Source: an uncultured Gemmatimonadota bacterium
Lineage (GTDB): Bacteria; SM23-81; DAOVCL01
DNA: 50,487 bases
Assembly (NCBI GenBank): GCA_964626665.1
Contig: CAZVGK010000027.1
Coordinates: 1-50,487 of the forward strand
Reading direction: 5' to 3'
In this document: piece after piece, positions 1 through 9,571 of the stretch
How positions within the stretch are numbered: the stretch's first letter is position 1
Layout of the letters: each line of letters opens with the position of its first letter
Notes under the pieces: model-generated
What the model was told of the DNA's origin: nothing
Seen by the model: only the letters and a program-made list of their open reading frames with translations
Database searches by the model: none
Position numbers and translations under genes: made by a program

Positions 1-163
1 TGATAAGCCTACCTTCTGCAGTTTCGGGCTCTAGGCTTTAATATACAAGGGACAATTCTTTAGATCTGTCCGCAGGGGCTTCGTCACCCCGAAACTCTTC
101 ATGGCTCCTCACTATGGCCAAGGGAATACCAATGTGCAAACTATAATTTGATCTGAGTAATAA

Positions 164-202
164 CTTTACAAAAAAACCGCCGAGGCCAAAGGCCCTAGCG
201 GT
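164..202 (-). terminator. Intrinsic terminator downstream of the TA operon (copy 1 of a 39-bp direct repeat)
   Basis: On the minus strand, hairpin ACCGCTAGGGCC-TTT-GGCCTCGGCGG is followed by T7; 36/39 identical to 1376-1414. Confidence 0.7.
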
Positions 203-479
203 TTCTGAGCGATCAGATCCCCTGATTTGACTGCAATTTCTTTCATCAGTGCTCCCACCCTGACAGGCCTTGGCCACGAACCACGATTCCCTTTCGTCTC
301 TCAGCGACCCCGCGCTTTCTCATTTTCCATTTTCTTATTTTCGATTTTCGCCTTTCGTTTCTCGTCTCTACTTGATCAGCATTATCTTCTTGGTCTGGGT
401 GAACTCCCCAACTTCTGGCCACTAGAAGTATTTACTAAAACCAGTTCCGTTCCCTTCTCACTATATCTCTTATAGCCAA

Positions 480-971
480 TTAGCTTTTAAAAATCCCTTC
501 AATCCCTTTTATTTTGGTCTTATCCTTTCTTTCTATTTGCCTAATTAGGTCCAGTACTTGTTCCTTTGATAAATTTCCTGAAACCCATAGGGCTTTAAGT
601 ATCGAATGGAGGGACACTACTCTTACCTTTTGGGACTTTGCAAAATCTAACGACAGTCTATCAATGGTCGCAAAAATGTAATTCCTTGATTTGCAGATGG
701 TTATGGACTCAAGCTCACCTCGTCCGAGCCTTGGTTCCTTGAGTAACAAATCCGTGAACTCCCCCGTCTCTTCACTCGTGGGAATTATGAGACGACATCC
801 ACTAAATATCCTATTGGGGAAGTCATAACCATACCGTAGGGGGACTAATAATTCTTCGTAAACCCTTGGAGTTATACAAAGTTCCCTTTTGCCAAAAAGT
901 TGAGACAGGAGATCTATCCTCTCCACCTTCGCAAATACACTGGCGATATCGGTGTCCAGGATAATCTTCAC
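480..971 (-). CDS. PIN-domain protein (DUF3368-like putative toxin)
   Basis: N-terminal IILDTD, central LGRGELESI and later FATID acidic PIN motifs; abuts a UPF0175 gene. Confidence 0.8.
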   Translation of the reverse strand: MKIILDTDIASVFAKVERIDLLSQLFGKRELCITPRVYEELLVPLRYGYDFPNRIFSGCRLIIPTSEETGEFTDLLLKEPRLGRGELESITICKSRNYIFATIDRLSLDFAKSQKVRVVSLHSILKALWVSGNLSKEQVLDLIRQIERKDKTKIKGIEGIFKS

Positions 972-1274
972 CTATTTCTCCAAAATCAAATTAACTCCCT
1001 GATTCATCTCCTTATCTGAAGGAGGTTCCACCGTTCTTGGTGTTCCTCTCTCAGCTAATGCTGCTTTAAAACCTTCTAAAGAAATTCCGGTGATTTCAGC
1101 CGCTTTAGATAGCGAAACATCGCCCCTTCTGTATAGCTCGATTGCAGATTCTAACCTCAAGTCATATCTTGTCTCGAGCAGAGTCCTTACAGAATCGGTT
1201 AAAAGTTCCTTTTTGTTTTTGTAAACTTTTCTTCTGATCAGAGCATCCACCTCAGCATCAATCAGATTTTTCAT
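972..1274 (-). CDS. UPF0175-family putative antitoxin
   Basis: AIELYRRGDVSLSKAAEITG motif; ATG at 1274 preceded by GGGAGG; upstream of the PIN gene. Confidence 0.8.
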   Translation of the reverse strand: MKNLIDAEVDALIRRKVYKNKKELLTDSVRTLLETRYDLRLESAIELYRRGDVSLSKAAEITGISLEGFKAALAERGTPRTVEPPSDKEMNQGVNLILEK

Positions 1275-1320
1275 AAGTTCCTCCCAGGACAAAATTTGAT
1301 TTTTATCTCAAACCCCTTTA

Positions 1321-1349
1321 AAAATAAGTTTATCTCTCCAATCTGTCAA
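1321..1349 (-). promoter_or_regulatory. sigma70-type promoter of the TA operon
   Basis: TTGACA-N17-TATTTT on the minus strand. Confidence 0.6.
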
Positions 1350-1375
1350 CCTTTATTTTCCCCCTCTGATGTTTG

Positions 1376-1414
1376 CTTTACAAAAAAACCGCTGAGGCCA
1401 AAGGCCTCAGCGGT
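1376..1414 (-). terminator. Intrinsic terminator downstream of the lipoprotein gene (copy 2 of the 39-bp repeat)
   Basis: Perfect hairpin ACCGCTGAGGCC-TTT-GGCCTCAGCGG followed by T7 on the minus strand. Confidence 0.75.
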
Positions 1415-1444
1415 CTAAGAACAGCTACAGTCTCTTCACAGTTT

Positions 1445-1481
1445 CCTCCCCCTTAACGGGGGAGGACTAAGGAGAGGGTGA
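1445..1481. repeat. REP-like palindrome, CCTCCCCC...GGGGGAG-CTAAGGAGAGGGTGA family
   Basis: Near-identical inverted copy at 4893-4930; related copies at 4840-4877 and about 33975-33998. Confidence 0.7.
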
Positions 1482-1586
1482 CTCCACCCTATCCTCTTTC
1501 ACCAGAGGATGAACACAAATCCCACAAATATCCAAGGGGAAAATAGGGACACTTCCTATTTTCTATCCTTCCATTCAATTTTCTAA

Positions 1587-1614
1587 AGGTGGCAGAATCG
1601 GGGTTCTGCCACCT
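1587..1614. repeat. Short palindrome family GTGGCAGAA..TTCTGCCAC / CCGTCAG..CTGACGG
   Basis: Related hairpins at 18280-18305, 22509-22533, 22859-22904, 24807-24830, 27268-27291, 34646-34671 and 12305-12336. Confidence 0.75.
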
Positions 1615-1672
1615 CAACAAAATCTATGGTTTATGTATCTTCTGTGCTGACATATCCTCCTTCTTTCGCCCC

Positions 1673-2950
1673 TTAAAGGCCATTTTTTACGAAAAGGGTG
1701 GTGGTAGTTATTACCTTCTCCCTTCTGGTGAGGCTGGCCATTATTCTCGCCCCGGAAACTGAATTCTCTACCCTTCCCTTGAGGATATAGGGGAACCCAG
1801 TGGGGGAATCCACAAGCTGAAAGAGGAGGTCTTGGGCCAGGTAATCCTTGAGGGTTGCGGTGAGGTCCCTGGCCACCTGCTCACCCCGGGGGGAGAAATC
1901 AGCGACAAAGATATCGATGCCGTAAAGGCCAGAGGAGGATAGGCTTTGCAATAGGCTTTGAGCAGCCCCCATTATACCAGATTGAGGGGATGTAAGGAGA
2001 AAGGTTACCTTGGGAAGTGATGCCCCTCCCCAGACTGATGAGAGATTGTTCCCAGTTCGCCTCCTTAGATTGACCTCTGCCTGGGCCCCTTCCGGCCTCG
2101 AGGGAACTATCCCCCTGACCACTGCGCTTCCCATCCCTTGCCCATCTGTCAGGGCAACCCCGACAATCTCTCCCCGTTGAGAGGTCAAACTCCACCGTAG
2201 CGGCACACCTGGCAGGGGAAGGGAACCATAGAGGACTTTGACCTTGAGGGGATCTTTCTCTGTCCCCTTCCCTCCCAGCTTGATCATTTTTAAGGGATTT
2301 ATGATTTTATACATCTCCCCCATAACCTCTGAGAGGGAGGTCTCTGGAGGAAGGGTAGCTATCCTCAATGGGCCAGCCACCGCCTCCAACTCCTGGTAAA
2401 GAGCTGTTTCTTGGAGGAGAACTTCCTCACATTCAGAGAGGAAATTCCACCTTTTTAGCAAATCTCCCTCCTCCCTGGCTCTCTTCATTAACCATTTCAG
2501 CTCATCATCCCGCCATTTTATCCTCTGGCTTAACCTATCTATGGCCTCCCGCCGAGGAAGGACGGCGACTACCAGGTAGATACCCTGCTCAGGCAGTGGG
2601 GTGGCCTCCACAATCCTTACCCCCTCCAGGATCATATCTACCGTAGATCGGTTGATGATCTGCAGCTTCTCTTTGACCCCCAGTCCAAAGGAGTCCGTGG
2701 TGTAAGATTCGATCCTCACCCTGATCTCCTCAGCGATCTCCCCAAATGAAGCCTCCTTGGCCCTCCTCCTGGCCACAGATAAACCTGGGGAGAGGGGGGA
2801 GGTCCCCACCCCCAAGAGATAGGAGCTGGCCGGATACTTTTCCTTATAACCGGAATAGCGGCTGCGGGACGACCTTTTCCCCAAGTAGGGGGAGAAACAG
2901 GAAAAGAGAAGGAGGGGGATAAGGAGGATAATTTTGCTTTTGCCCTTCAT
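1673..2950 (-). CDS. Lipoprotein with an LPP20-like N-terminal domain
   Basis: Signal peptide with lipobox LFSC after MKGK; YLLGVG...ARRRAKEASFGEIAEEIRVRIES resembles LPP20. Confidence 0.6.
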   Translation of the reverse strand: MKGKSKIILLIPLLLFSCFSPYLGKRSSRSRYSGYKEKYPASSYLLGVGTSPLSPGLSVARRRAKEASFGEIAEEIRVRIESYTTDSFGLGVKEKLQIINRSTVDMILEGVRIVEATPLPEQGIYLVVAVLPRREAIDRLSQRIKWRDDELKWLMKRAREEGDLLKRWNFLSECEEVLLQETALYQELEAVAGPLRIATLPPETSLSEVMGEMYKIINPLKMIKLGGKGTEKDPLKVKVLYGSLPLPGVPLRWSLTSQRGEIVGVALTDGQGMGSAVVRGIVPSRPEGAQAEVNLRRRTGNNLSSVWGGASLPKVTFLLTSPQSGIMGAAQSLLQSLSSSGLYGIDIFVADFSPRGEQVARDLTATLKDYLAQDLLFQLVDSPTGFPYILKGRVENSVSGARIMASLTRREKVITTTTLFVKNGL

Positions 2951-2979
2951 TTTATAGCGCCCCCAAGGATAACAGTCAG

Positions 2980-3141
2980 ATACTACCAAAAACGAATCAA
3001 TTTGTCAAAGATTTTTTTGTCTTTTTCTAAGGTCAAGACCTCAGTGGGTCACCAATCATACCGCTCATAGGCGCTTCCGATTCTTCCCACTTGGGCAAAA
3101 TACCCTTTTTAATTGACAAAGCTATCTTGGGTCTATATTTT
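2980..3141. promoter_or_regulatory. Divergent sigma70 promoters
   Basis: Minus: TTGACA(3008-3003)-N17-TAGTAT. Plus: TTGACA(3113-3118)-N17-TATTTT. Confidence 0.6.
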
Positions 3142-3161
3142 GTCCTCTCAACTGGGGAGGA

Positions 3162-4433
3162 ATGTTGAGCGGCAAGCTTTTTACCCTGATCATCTTCATA
3201 GCGGTTTACCTCTATCTTATCTTCTTTAAAAGAAACCGGGGCTTGGGGGTCTGGGTTGGAATTTTGCTCCTCTGGGTTGGTGGGATGGTGGGGGTGAAGA
3301 TGATGATCAAGGAGATAAATTGGAATGTGTTGGGGATATTTGCCGGTACCCTGATCATTGCTGAGCTCTTCATCCGTTCCCGGGCCCCGGCGCGGTTAAC
3401 CGACAGCCTGGTGAAGAGGTCAAAAACGGTGGGAATGGCCGTCCTCTGGATCTGCATCCTCACCAGTTTCATCTCTGCCTTTGTGGAGAATGTGGCCACT
3501 GTGCTCATTGTTGCCCCTTTAGCCCTGCAATTGGCCAAAAGGATGAAAACCTCCCCCGTTCCCTTCCTCATCGGGATTGCCATCTCCTCTAACCTTCAGG
3601 GGACCGCTACCCTTATCGGCGACCCCCCCAGTATGATCCTGGCCGGCTATGAGAGGATGACCTTCAACGATTTCTTCTTTTATCAGGGGAGGCCAAGTAT
3701 ATTCTTTGCCGTGGAATTGGGGGCGATCACATCGATGTTCTTCCTTTACCTCTTCTATCGGAGAAACAGGGGGAGAGTGACCCCTATCGCCATAGAGAAG
3801 GTGAAAAGTTGGGTCCCAACCATCCTATTGATCTCGATGGTGGCCACCTTGGCCCTCTCCTCCGTCTTGGACCCTGGCTTTACCTACTTGGGGGGAATAG
3901 TCTGCCTAAGCTTTGGGGGGGTGGGTCTGGTCTGGCAGTGGATAAAGGAGAGGGATGAATCTAAGGAGGTGATGAAGGGTTACGACTGGGAGACCACTCT
4001 CTTTCTGGCTGGCATCTTCGTCTTGGTGGGTGCCCTCAAGGAGGCTGGGGTGATCACGGAGATGGCCAACCTGATGAGGTCCTTTATTGGCCCCAGCCCC
4101 TTTTGGAGCTTTACGGTAATCGTTTGGCTCTCCGTCCTCTTCTCCGCCTTCATCGACAATGTCCCCTATATAACCGCGATGATCCCGGTATCCCATCTTT
4201 TGGCCGATTCCCTCTCCCTTCCCCCTACCCTCTTCGTCTTCGGGCTCTTGATTGGTTCCTGTTTAGGGGGGAATATCACCCCCATCGGCGCGTCAGCCAA
4301 CATCACGGCGATGGGGATAGCCAGGAAAAGGGGGTATCAGGTGAGGTTCATCGATTTCGCTCGCCTTGGCCTGCCCTTTACCATATTGGCCACCCTCAGT
4401 GGCTATTTGTTTATCTGGTTTGTTTGGAGATAG
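3162..4433 (+). CDS. ArsB/NhaD (IT superfamily) anion or cation permease
   Basis: Very hydrophobic; SAFVENVATV, GTATLIGDPP, SAFIDNVP and GGNITPIGASAN motifs; GGAGG RBS. Confidence 0.85.
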   Translation: MLSGKLFTLIIFIAVYLYLIFFKRNRGLGVWVGILLLWVGGMVGVKMMIKEINWNVLGIFAGTLIIAELFIRSRAPARLTDSLVKRSKTVGMAVLWICILTSFISAFVENVATVLIVAPLALQLAKRMKTSPVPFLIGIAISSNLQGTATLIGDPPSMILAGYERMTFNDFFFYQGRPSIFFAVELGAITSMFFLYLFYRRNRGRVTPIAIEKVKSWVPTILLISMVATLALSSVLDPGFTYLGGIVCLSFGGVGLVWQWIKERDESKEVMKGYDWETTLFLAGIFVLVGALKEAGVITEMANLMRSFIGPSPFWSFTVIVWLSVLFSAFIDNVPYITAMIPVSHLLADSLSLPPTLFVFGLLIGSCLGGNITPIGASANITAMGIARKRGYQVRFIDFARLGLPFTILATLSGYLFIWFVWR

Positions 4434-4495
4434 AGGATGGCCCTTACAGGGCTACCCGTCCCGAACCGGAACGGGTCGGGAAAGCCCGGGAGAGT

Positions 4496-4523
4496 GAGAT
4501 TGTTTCGCTTTGCTCGCAATGAC
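4496..4523. repeat. GAGATTGCTTC...CTCGCAATGAC / GTCATTGCGAG...GAAGCAATC palindromic repeat family
   Basis: Other copies at 12377-12417, 12431-12530, 18371-18410, 22671-22787, 33713-33805, 33835-33895 and 43187-43250. Confidence 0.8.
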
Positions 4524-5035
4524 TCTGTTCGTTGTACTCTTAGAGCGATTTAATAGTAGGTAGGAAAAGTGCCAGAGGACATCCCCCTATTCATTTCGCC
4601 TATCCTATGTAAGCCAAAGTCTAACTCAATTGCTAACAGTTCATAGGGATCAGTTGTAGGAGCGTTCAATTAAAAGCTCTTACTAATTCAAAAGCATAGG
4701 AATTTCCATTTTTTTCTCTTTAACTATCAAAGAGTTACAAGAAGTTTAATGTTACTGGCCAAAATCCCTGATGGCCGCAGACTTTAGTCTGCTCTCTGTC
4801 GCCACCTACGAGGGCACCATTGCCGTTGTAGTATATAGTCCCCACTCCCTTAGAGGGAGAGGGACAGAGTGAGGGGGGAATAGACAAAATCTTCACCCTC
4901 TCCTTAGTTCTCCCCCATCAAGGGGGAGGGAAGTGTTTAGAAATCTTGCTTATCTGCGTTTATCTGCGTCCCATACAGCTCGCCCGCAGGGCGCTAAGTT
5001 CAATCGCGGATTTCCCATAAAGCTTGGCCTGATCC

Positions 5036-6544
5036 TCATCTCTGGTAGACCAGCTTCCCGCCGCAGATGGTCAGCTCGACCTCAACCCCCTCCAGCCCCC
5101 TGGAGAGAATGTCCTGGGAGAGGACGACCAGGTCGGCCAGCTTCTCCTCCCTGATAGAGCCCTTTATCCCCTCCTCAAAGGAGAAGTAGGCTGGCTCTAT
5201 CGTATACATCCGCAGGGCATCCTTTAGGGAAACCCTCTGCTGGGCAAAGGGGGCGTTTACCAATGATCTCAGCCCATAGAGGGGGGAGAGGGGCATACAG
5301 TCTGAGCCCAAGGCGACCTTCAGCCCCCTTTCCTTAATCAGGCCGAACCTGTTGTTGTTCCTCCATTGGGGGAGGTGATCCTCATACATCCCCCCTGGCT
5401 GGGACCAGTTTCCGATGAAGTTTGGCTGCATGGCCAGGAGTATCCCCATCCTTCCCGCCTCTTCAATCTCCTCCTCGCGGGCCAGCTCAAAATGTTCTAT
5501 GCGGTGACGCAGGGGATTGGAAGCAGCAATTGCCCTTTTGTATGCCTTCAAAACCTGGTGGATGGCCCTTCCCCCTATGGCGTGGATGAGAAACTGGTGT
5601 CCCCCTTCCTCCCCTCTGTGCACCATCTCGTTGAGCCTCCTCTGGGAATGGAGGAGCAACCCCTTATTCCTTCCTCCCCGGTAGGGGGAGAAGAGGGCTG
5701 CCGTCTTGGCCCCAATTGAGCCATCGGCGAAGATCTTTAATCCCCCTAACCGCAGGGTTTGATCCCCGAACCCGGTCTCTAATCCCAACCTGGAAAGCAG
5801 TTCCCCCTGGGCAAAGGGGAGGTTAATAGAGGCTCTGATCTTCAGCTCCCCATCCTGGCGCAGCCTCTGATAGGCCCAGAGATGGGAGGGCTTGGCTATA
5901 TCCTGGACAGAGGTTACCCCCTCCCGTTGGGCCCTGGCTGTGGCCGCCCGCAAACCATTGAGGAACTGATCCCTGGAAGGGGGGAAGATATCATCGAGGT
6001 TAAGGCAGACATCCTCAAGGAGGATCCCCCTCTCCCTATCCACCCTTTTCCAGCCCTTTCCGATGAGGGCCAGGGCCTGTTGGTTGGCCACCGCCTGGTG
6101 GCCGCATATCCTGCGGAAGATGAGGGGATTTTGGGGGGCCACTTTGTCAAGTTCCTCCTTGGTGGGGGGCCTTTTCTCCTTCCATCTGCTCTCATCCCAG
6201 TTTACCCCAATGATCACCTCCCCGGGGGGGGAGGCCTTTACCCTTTCATAGGCTAGCTCCAGGGCATCCGCCAAACTATGGGTACGGGAGAAATCGGGCC
6301 TCATCTCCTCCAGACCCATCCCGACCAGATGGGTGTGGGAATCGATAAATCCCGGAAGGATAGTTCTCCCCCTGAGGTCCCAGATCTTCGTCTCCTCTTT
6401 CGTCCTCCTTTTTAGTTCCTCATATCTCCCCACCCCGGCGATCTTCTCCCCCTCGATGAGAACCGCCTCTGCCTCCTCCTTGGCCTCCATAGTGAGGACC
6501 TTCCCGCGCAGAAGGAGAGAGCCACTCTGGCTATAATCAGTCAC
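5036..6544 (-). CDS. YtcJ-like metal-dependent amidohydrolase (Amidohydro_3)
   Basis: PGFIDSHTH, KIFADGSIG, HAIG, RHRIEH, GSD and KLADLVVL motifs; probable GTG start after GGAGG. Confidence 0.85.
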   Translation of the reverse strand: MTDYSQSGSLLLRGKVLTMEAKEEAEAVLIEGEKIAGVGRYEELKRRTKEETKIWDLRGRTILPGFIDSHTHLVGMGLEEMRPDFSRTHSLADALELAYERVKASPPGEVIIGVNWDESRWKEKRPPTKEELDKVAPQNPLIFRRICGHQAVANQQALALIGKGWKRVDRERGILLEDVCLNLDDIFPPSRDQFLNGLRAATARAQREGVTSVQDIAKPSHLWAYQRLRQDGELKIRASINLPFAQGELLSRLGLETGFGDQTLRLGGLKIFADGSIGAKTAALFSPYRGGRNKGLLLHSQRRLNEMVHRGEEGGHQFLIHAIGGRAIHQVLKAYKRAIAASNPLRHRIEHFELAREEEIEEAGRMGILLAMQPNFIGNWSQPGGMYEDHLPQWRNNNRFGLIKERGLKVALGSDCMPLSPLYGLRSLVNAPFAQQRVSLKDALRMYTIEPAYFSFEEGIKGSIREEKLADLVVLSQDILSRGLEGVEVELTICGGKLVYQR

Positions 6545-6806
6545 AGCACCTCCCCAGGGCAATCCATTGGGTTGCCCCTACCCTGGCATCTATCAAGACA
6601 AAGAGTATCACATCGGGACAAAAAGCGGAAGCCCGGTCCCACTCCTCTCGTCCAAATATGTTCAAGCGCATTCCTCCATTCAACCTTTGCCAAACAAAAA
6701 AATCCTAACTATGCTTGGAATGAGACCCCCATCGTGGATGATTGTATTCTTTCAGAGGGATGCTGTGTCGATGGAATCTTTCACGGTTTCGTCTCACGGT
6801 TAAGTA

Positions 6807-7697
6807 TTACTTTCCCTCCAAATGGAAGATGTGCACCCAATCCCTCTTTTCTGGAGGCAAAAGCCTGAAGGCAATCCCTGCGACCTCCTCTTTCGTCGTC
6901 CCCCCGGCGATGATCATTCCCTGGAGGATGGCAAACCAGGCATCGGCCAATCCAATCCCATGTAAATCCCTCTTGTATCTTCGGGCGTAGACTCTTCCCA
7001 TCTCCTGTTGATAGAAGGACATTAGATAGGGGGCTTTATAGATCAAATCCTCGATCTCCTCCCAGTATCTCTCTCGATTTCCCTTTGTCTTTAAGTAGGA
7101 TTTCAACCTTTCAATGTCACTAACTTTGCGTTCCTCTGCGGAGAAGGGCAGGGAGGTGATGATGCCAAATCTTGACTTGGCTTCTCTGTAAGCGTCAAAG
7201 AGACTCCGGCGAATACCACTACCAAAGGTGTATGGGTATCGGGATATGAAACCGTCATATACGATCTGACCCTTAAATGGCATAAGAACAGCTTTGACCA
7301 TCAGAGGGAGGGGCTCACCTCCCAGCACCTCCTCAAATTCATTGGTCAAGGCCAAAACCCCATAAGCTTTTGGCGGCTTCTCCCACTCCAGGAAGATAGC
7401 ATACTTCTTCAGATACCTGAGAAGATAGAAATCCTCCCGGATAGAATTCTTCCAGCCCAGGACTATTTCTCTCTCCTCCGAGGAGAAACCGAAGGGGTTC
7501 TCCTTGACGAAGGAGTCGATCAAATTGGATTGCTCCCAAAGTCGCTCCCTGACCTTGAATGCCTTTTCCATTGGCAATGTCTTAAACTCCTCTAAGGTAG
7601 AGATATCATCGATTATTCCCCCCTTTTGGTTGGTATAAAACAAAAGTGCCGGATGTAATCTGTAATATAGTTCCAAATCCTCCTTAGATAACCTCAT
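6807..7697 (-). CDS. Hypothetical protein
   Basis: 296-aa ORF with ATG start and purine-rich RBS; no motif recognised. Confidence 0.65.
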   Translation of the reverse strand: MRLSKEDLELYYRLHPALLFYTNQKGGIIDDISTLEEFKTLPMEKAFKVRERLWEQSNLIDSFVKENPFGFSSEEREIVLGWKNSIREDFYLLRYLKKYAIFLEWEKPPKAYGVLALTNEFEEVLGGEPLPLMVKAVLMPFKGQIVYDGFISRYPYTFGSGIRRSLFDAYREAKSRFGIITSLPFSAEERKVSDIERLKSYLKTKGNRERYWEEIEDLIYKAPYLMSFYQQEMGRVYARRYKRDLHGIGLADAWFAILQGMIIAGGTTKEEVAGIAFRLLPPEKRDWVHIFHLEGK

Positions 7698-7849
7698 TCT
7701 TTATCCCCTTGTAACAGTTCACAGGGACCAACAGTCAGCAGTCAGCTAATTATCAGTTGTCAAGAATTTTCCCTGACCTCTGGAGACTATTCACTGTAAA
7801 CCGACCCCTGTAAACTGTTTCCTGACCTCTGGAAACTGGTAGCTATTTT

Positions 7850-8269
7850 TTACTCCCCTAATATTTGCACGATGACTTCGCGGTGGCGCGGGCGGTTATC
7901 AAAGTCGAGGAGGATGATCTGCTGCCAGGTGCCCAGCATCATTTCCCCCCCCACAAAGGGAACGGTGTAGGATGTGCCCACTAAGGATGATCTTAGATGG
8001 GCATAACCGTTGGCATCCCCCCAGGTGGCATCATGATGATAGCTGCGGTTAGAGGGGACAAGCTTCTCCCACAGCTCGGGCAGGTCCCGTAATAGCCCCT
8101 CTTCATATTCTATGGTGGTTATCCCCGCGGTGGAGCCCCCAATAAAGCAGGTGAGGATACCATTTTTCAGGTCGGATGACCGCAGGGCCTGGGAGACCTG
8201 AGGGGTAATATCCAGGATATCCGTGTGTCCTTTGGTCTCCACCTGAAAGGAATGGGTGCTAACTTCCAT
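7850..8269 (-). CDS. yjbQ: YjbQ/UPF0047 family protein
   Basis: STAGITTIE, HD...NGYAHLRSSL and LGTWQQI motifs. Confidence 0.9.
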   Translation of the reverse strand: MEVSTHSFQVETKGHTDILDITPQVSQALRSSDLKNGILTCFIGGSTAGITTIEYEEGLLRDLPELWEKLVPSNRSYHHDATWGDANGYAHLRSSLVGTSYTVPFVGGEMMLGTWQQIILLDFDNRPRHREVIVQILGE

Positions 8270-9571
8270 TTAAACCCCCTCCCGGTAGCAAATCTCCCCC
8301 CCAACAATGGTGGCCACCGCCTTCCCTTGCAGGGTCCAACCCCCAAAGGGGGTATTTCTGGATTTCGATCTGAACTTAGCCGGTCCCACTTGCCACTCCT
8401 TCTCCAAGTCTATGATGGTAACATCTGCCGGGCTCCCTACCCTGAGGTTGCCTCCTTTTATGCCGAGAATTTTAGCGGGGTTGGCGGACATCAGGGAAAT
8501 GATGGTCTGAAGATTCAAGATGCCTTTGTGATATAGCTCTGTTAAAATAAGGCCCAGGGAGGTTTCCAGGCCAATGATACCAAAGGGGGCGGCGTCGAAC
8601 TCCACATCCTTCTCCTCGGTGGAGTGGGGAGCATGGTCGGTGACGATGCAATCTATCGTCCCGTCAGTTAACCCTTTTCGCAAGGCTTCTATATCTTCCT
8701 TTCCCCTTAAGGGAGGGTTCATCTTGAGGTTGGGATCGAAGCTTGCCCTAATCAGCTCATCGGAGAGGATGAGGTGGTGCGGGGTAACCTCGGCTGTTAC
8801 CCTTACCCCCCTTTTCTTTGCCTCCTTGACCAGCTCTAAGGACCCAGCGGTGCTTAGGTGGGCCAGGTGTAGCCTTCCTTGGGTAAACTGGGCCAGAAGG
8901 ATATCCCTGGCTACCGTCACTTCCTCGGAGATGGAGGGGATTCCAACCAGGCCGAGCAGGGTGGAGGTAGAGGACTCGTTCATCCCTCCCCCTGAACTTA
9001 AATCCCTATCCTCACAATGGGAGCAGATGGGGATGCCCAGGGCCTTGCTGTACTCCAAGGCCCTCCTCATAATCTGGGAGTTGCTGATTGGATTCCCATC
9101 GTCGGAAAGGGCCACCGCCCCTGCCCTGACCAGATCGGCTGCCTCGGTAAGTTCCTCCCCCTTTAGCCCTTTGGTCACTGCGGCTATGGGATAGATGCGG
9201 CATTTGGCCTGCTGGGCCCTCTCCAGCACAAACCTGACCCCCTCCTGGCTCTCTATGGGCGGTTGAGTGTTAGCCATACAGGCCACCCCGGTGAAACCTC
9301 CGGCGGCCGCCGCCTGGGAACCGGAGAGGATAGTCTCCTCATCCTCCCTCCCTGGCTCTCTCAGATGAGTGTGAATGTCTATCAGGCCAGGGACAACAAG
9401 TTCCCCTTGGGCAGAGATAACCTCTTGAGCTTTTACCCCAATCCTCTGGTTTGCTAGGGATATCCTCTCCACCAAGCCATCCTTGATAAGGAGATCGGCA
9501 ACCCGATCTATGCCAGATGCCGGATCAACTATCCTCCCCCCCTTGATGAGCAAGGAACCCTTAGCCCTCAT
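8270..9571 (-). CDS. pyrC: Dihydroorotase (type I)
   Basis: PGLIDIHTHLREPG, EVTPHHL, KMNPPLR, TDHAPH and SKSRNTPF; follows pyrB. Confidence 0.95.
   Translation of the reverse strand: MRAKGSLLIKGGRIVDPASGIDRVADLLIKDGLVERISLANQRIGVKAQEVISAQGELVVPGLIDIHTHLREPGREDEETILSGSQAAAAGGFTGVACMANTQPPIESQEGVRFVLERAQQAKCRIYPIAAVTKGLKGEELTEAADLVRAGAVALSDDGNPISNSQIMRRALEYSKALGIPICSHCEDRDLSSGGGMNESSTSTLLGLVGIPSISEEVTVARDILLAQFTQGRLHLAHLSTAGSLELVKEAKKRGVRVTAEVTPHHLILSDELIRASFDPNLKMNPPLRGKEDIEALRKGLTDGTIDCIVTDHAPHSTEEKDVEFDAAPFGIIGLETSLGLILTELYHKGILNLQTIISLMSANPAKILGIKGGNLRVGSPADVTIIDLEKEWQVGPAKFRSKSRNTPFGGWTLQGKAVATIVGGEICYREGV

Noticed and set aside
4450-4495. SRP RNA or tRNA
   Set aside because: No SRP domain IV (CAGG..GGAA..AGCAG) and no cloverleaf or T-loop.
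6563-6806. Possible gene fragments in 6563-6806, 43500-43640, 44281-44420 and 50345-50487
   Set aside because: The frames I translated by eye gave nothing recognisable; BLASTx would be needed.
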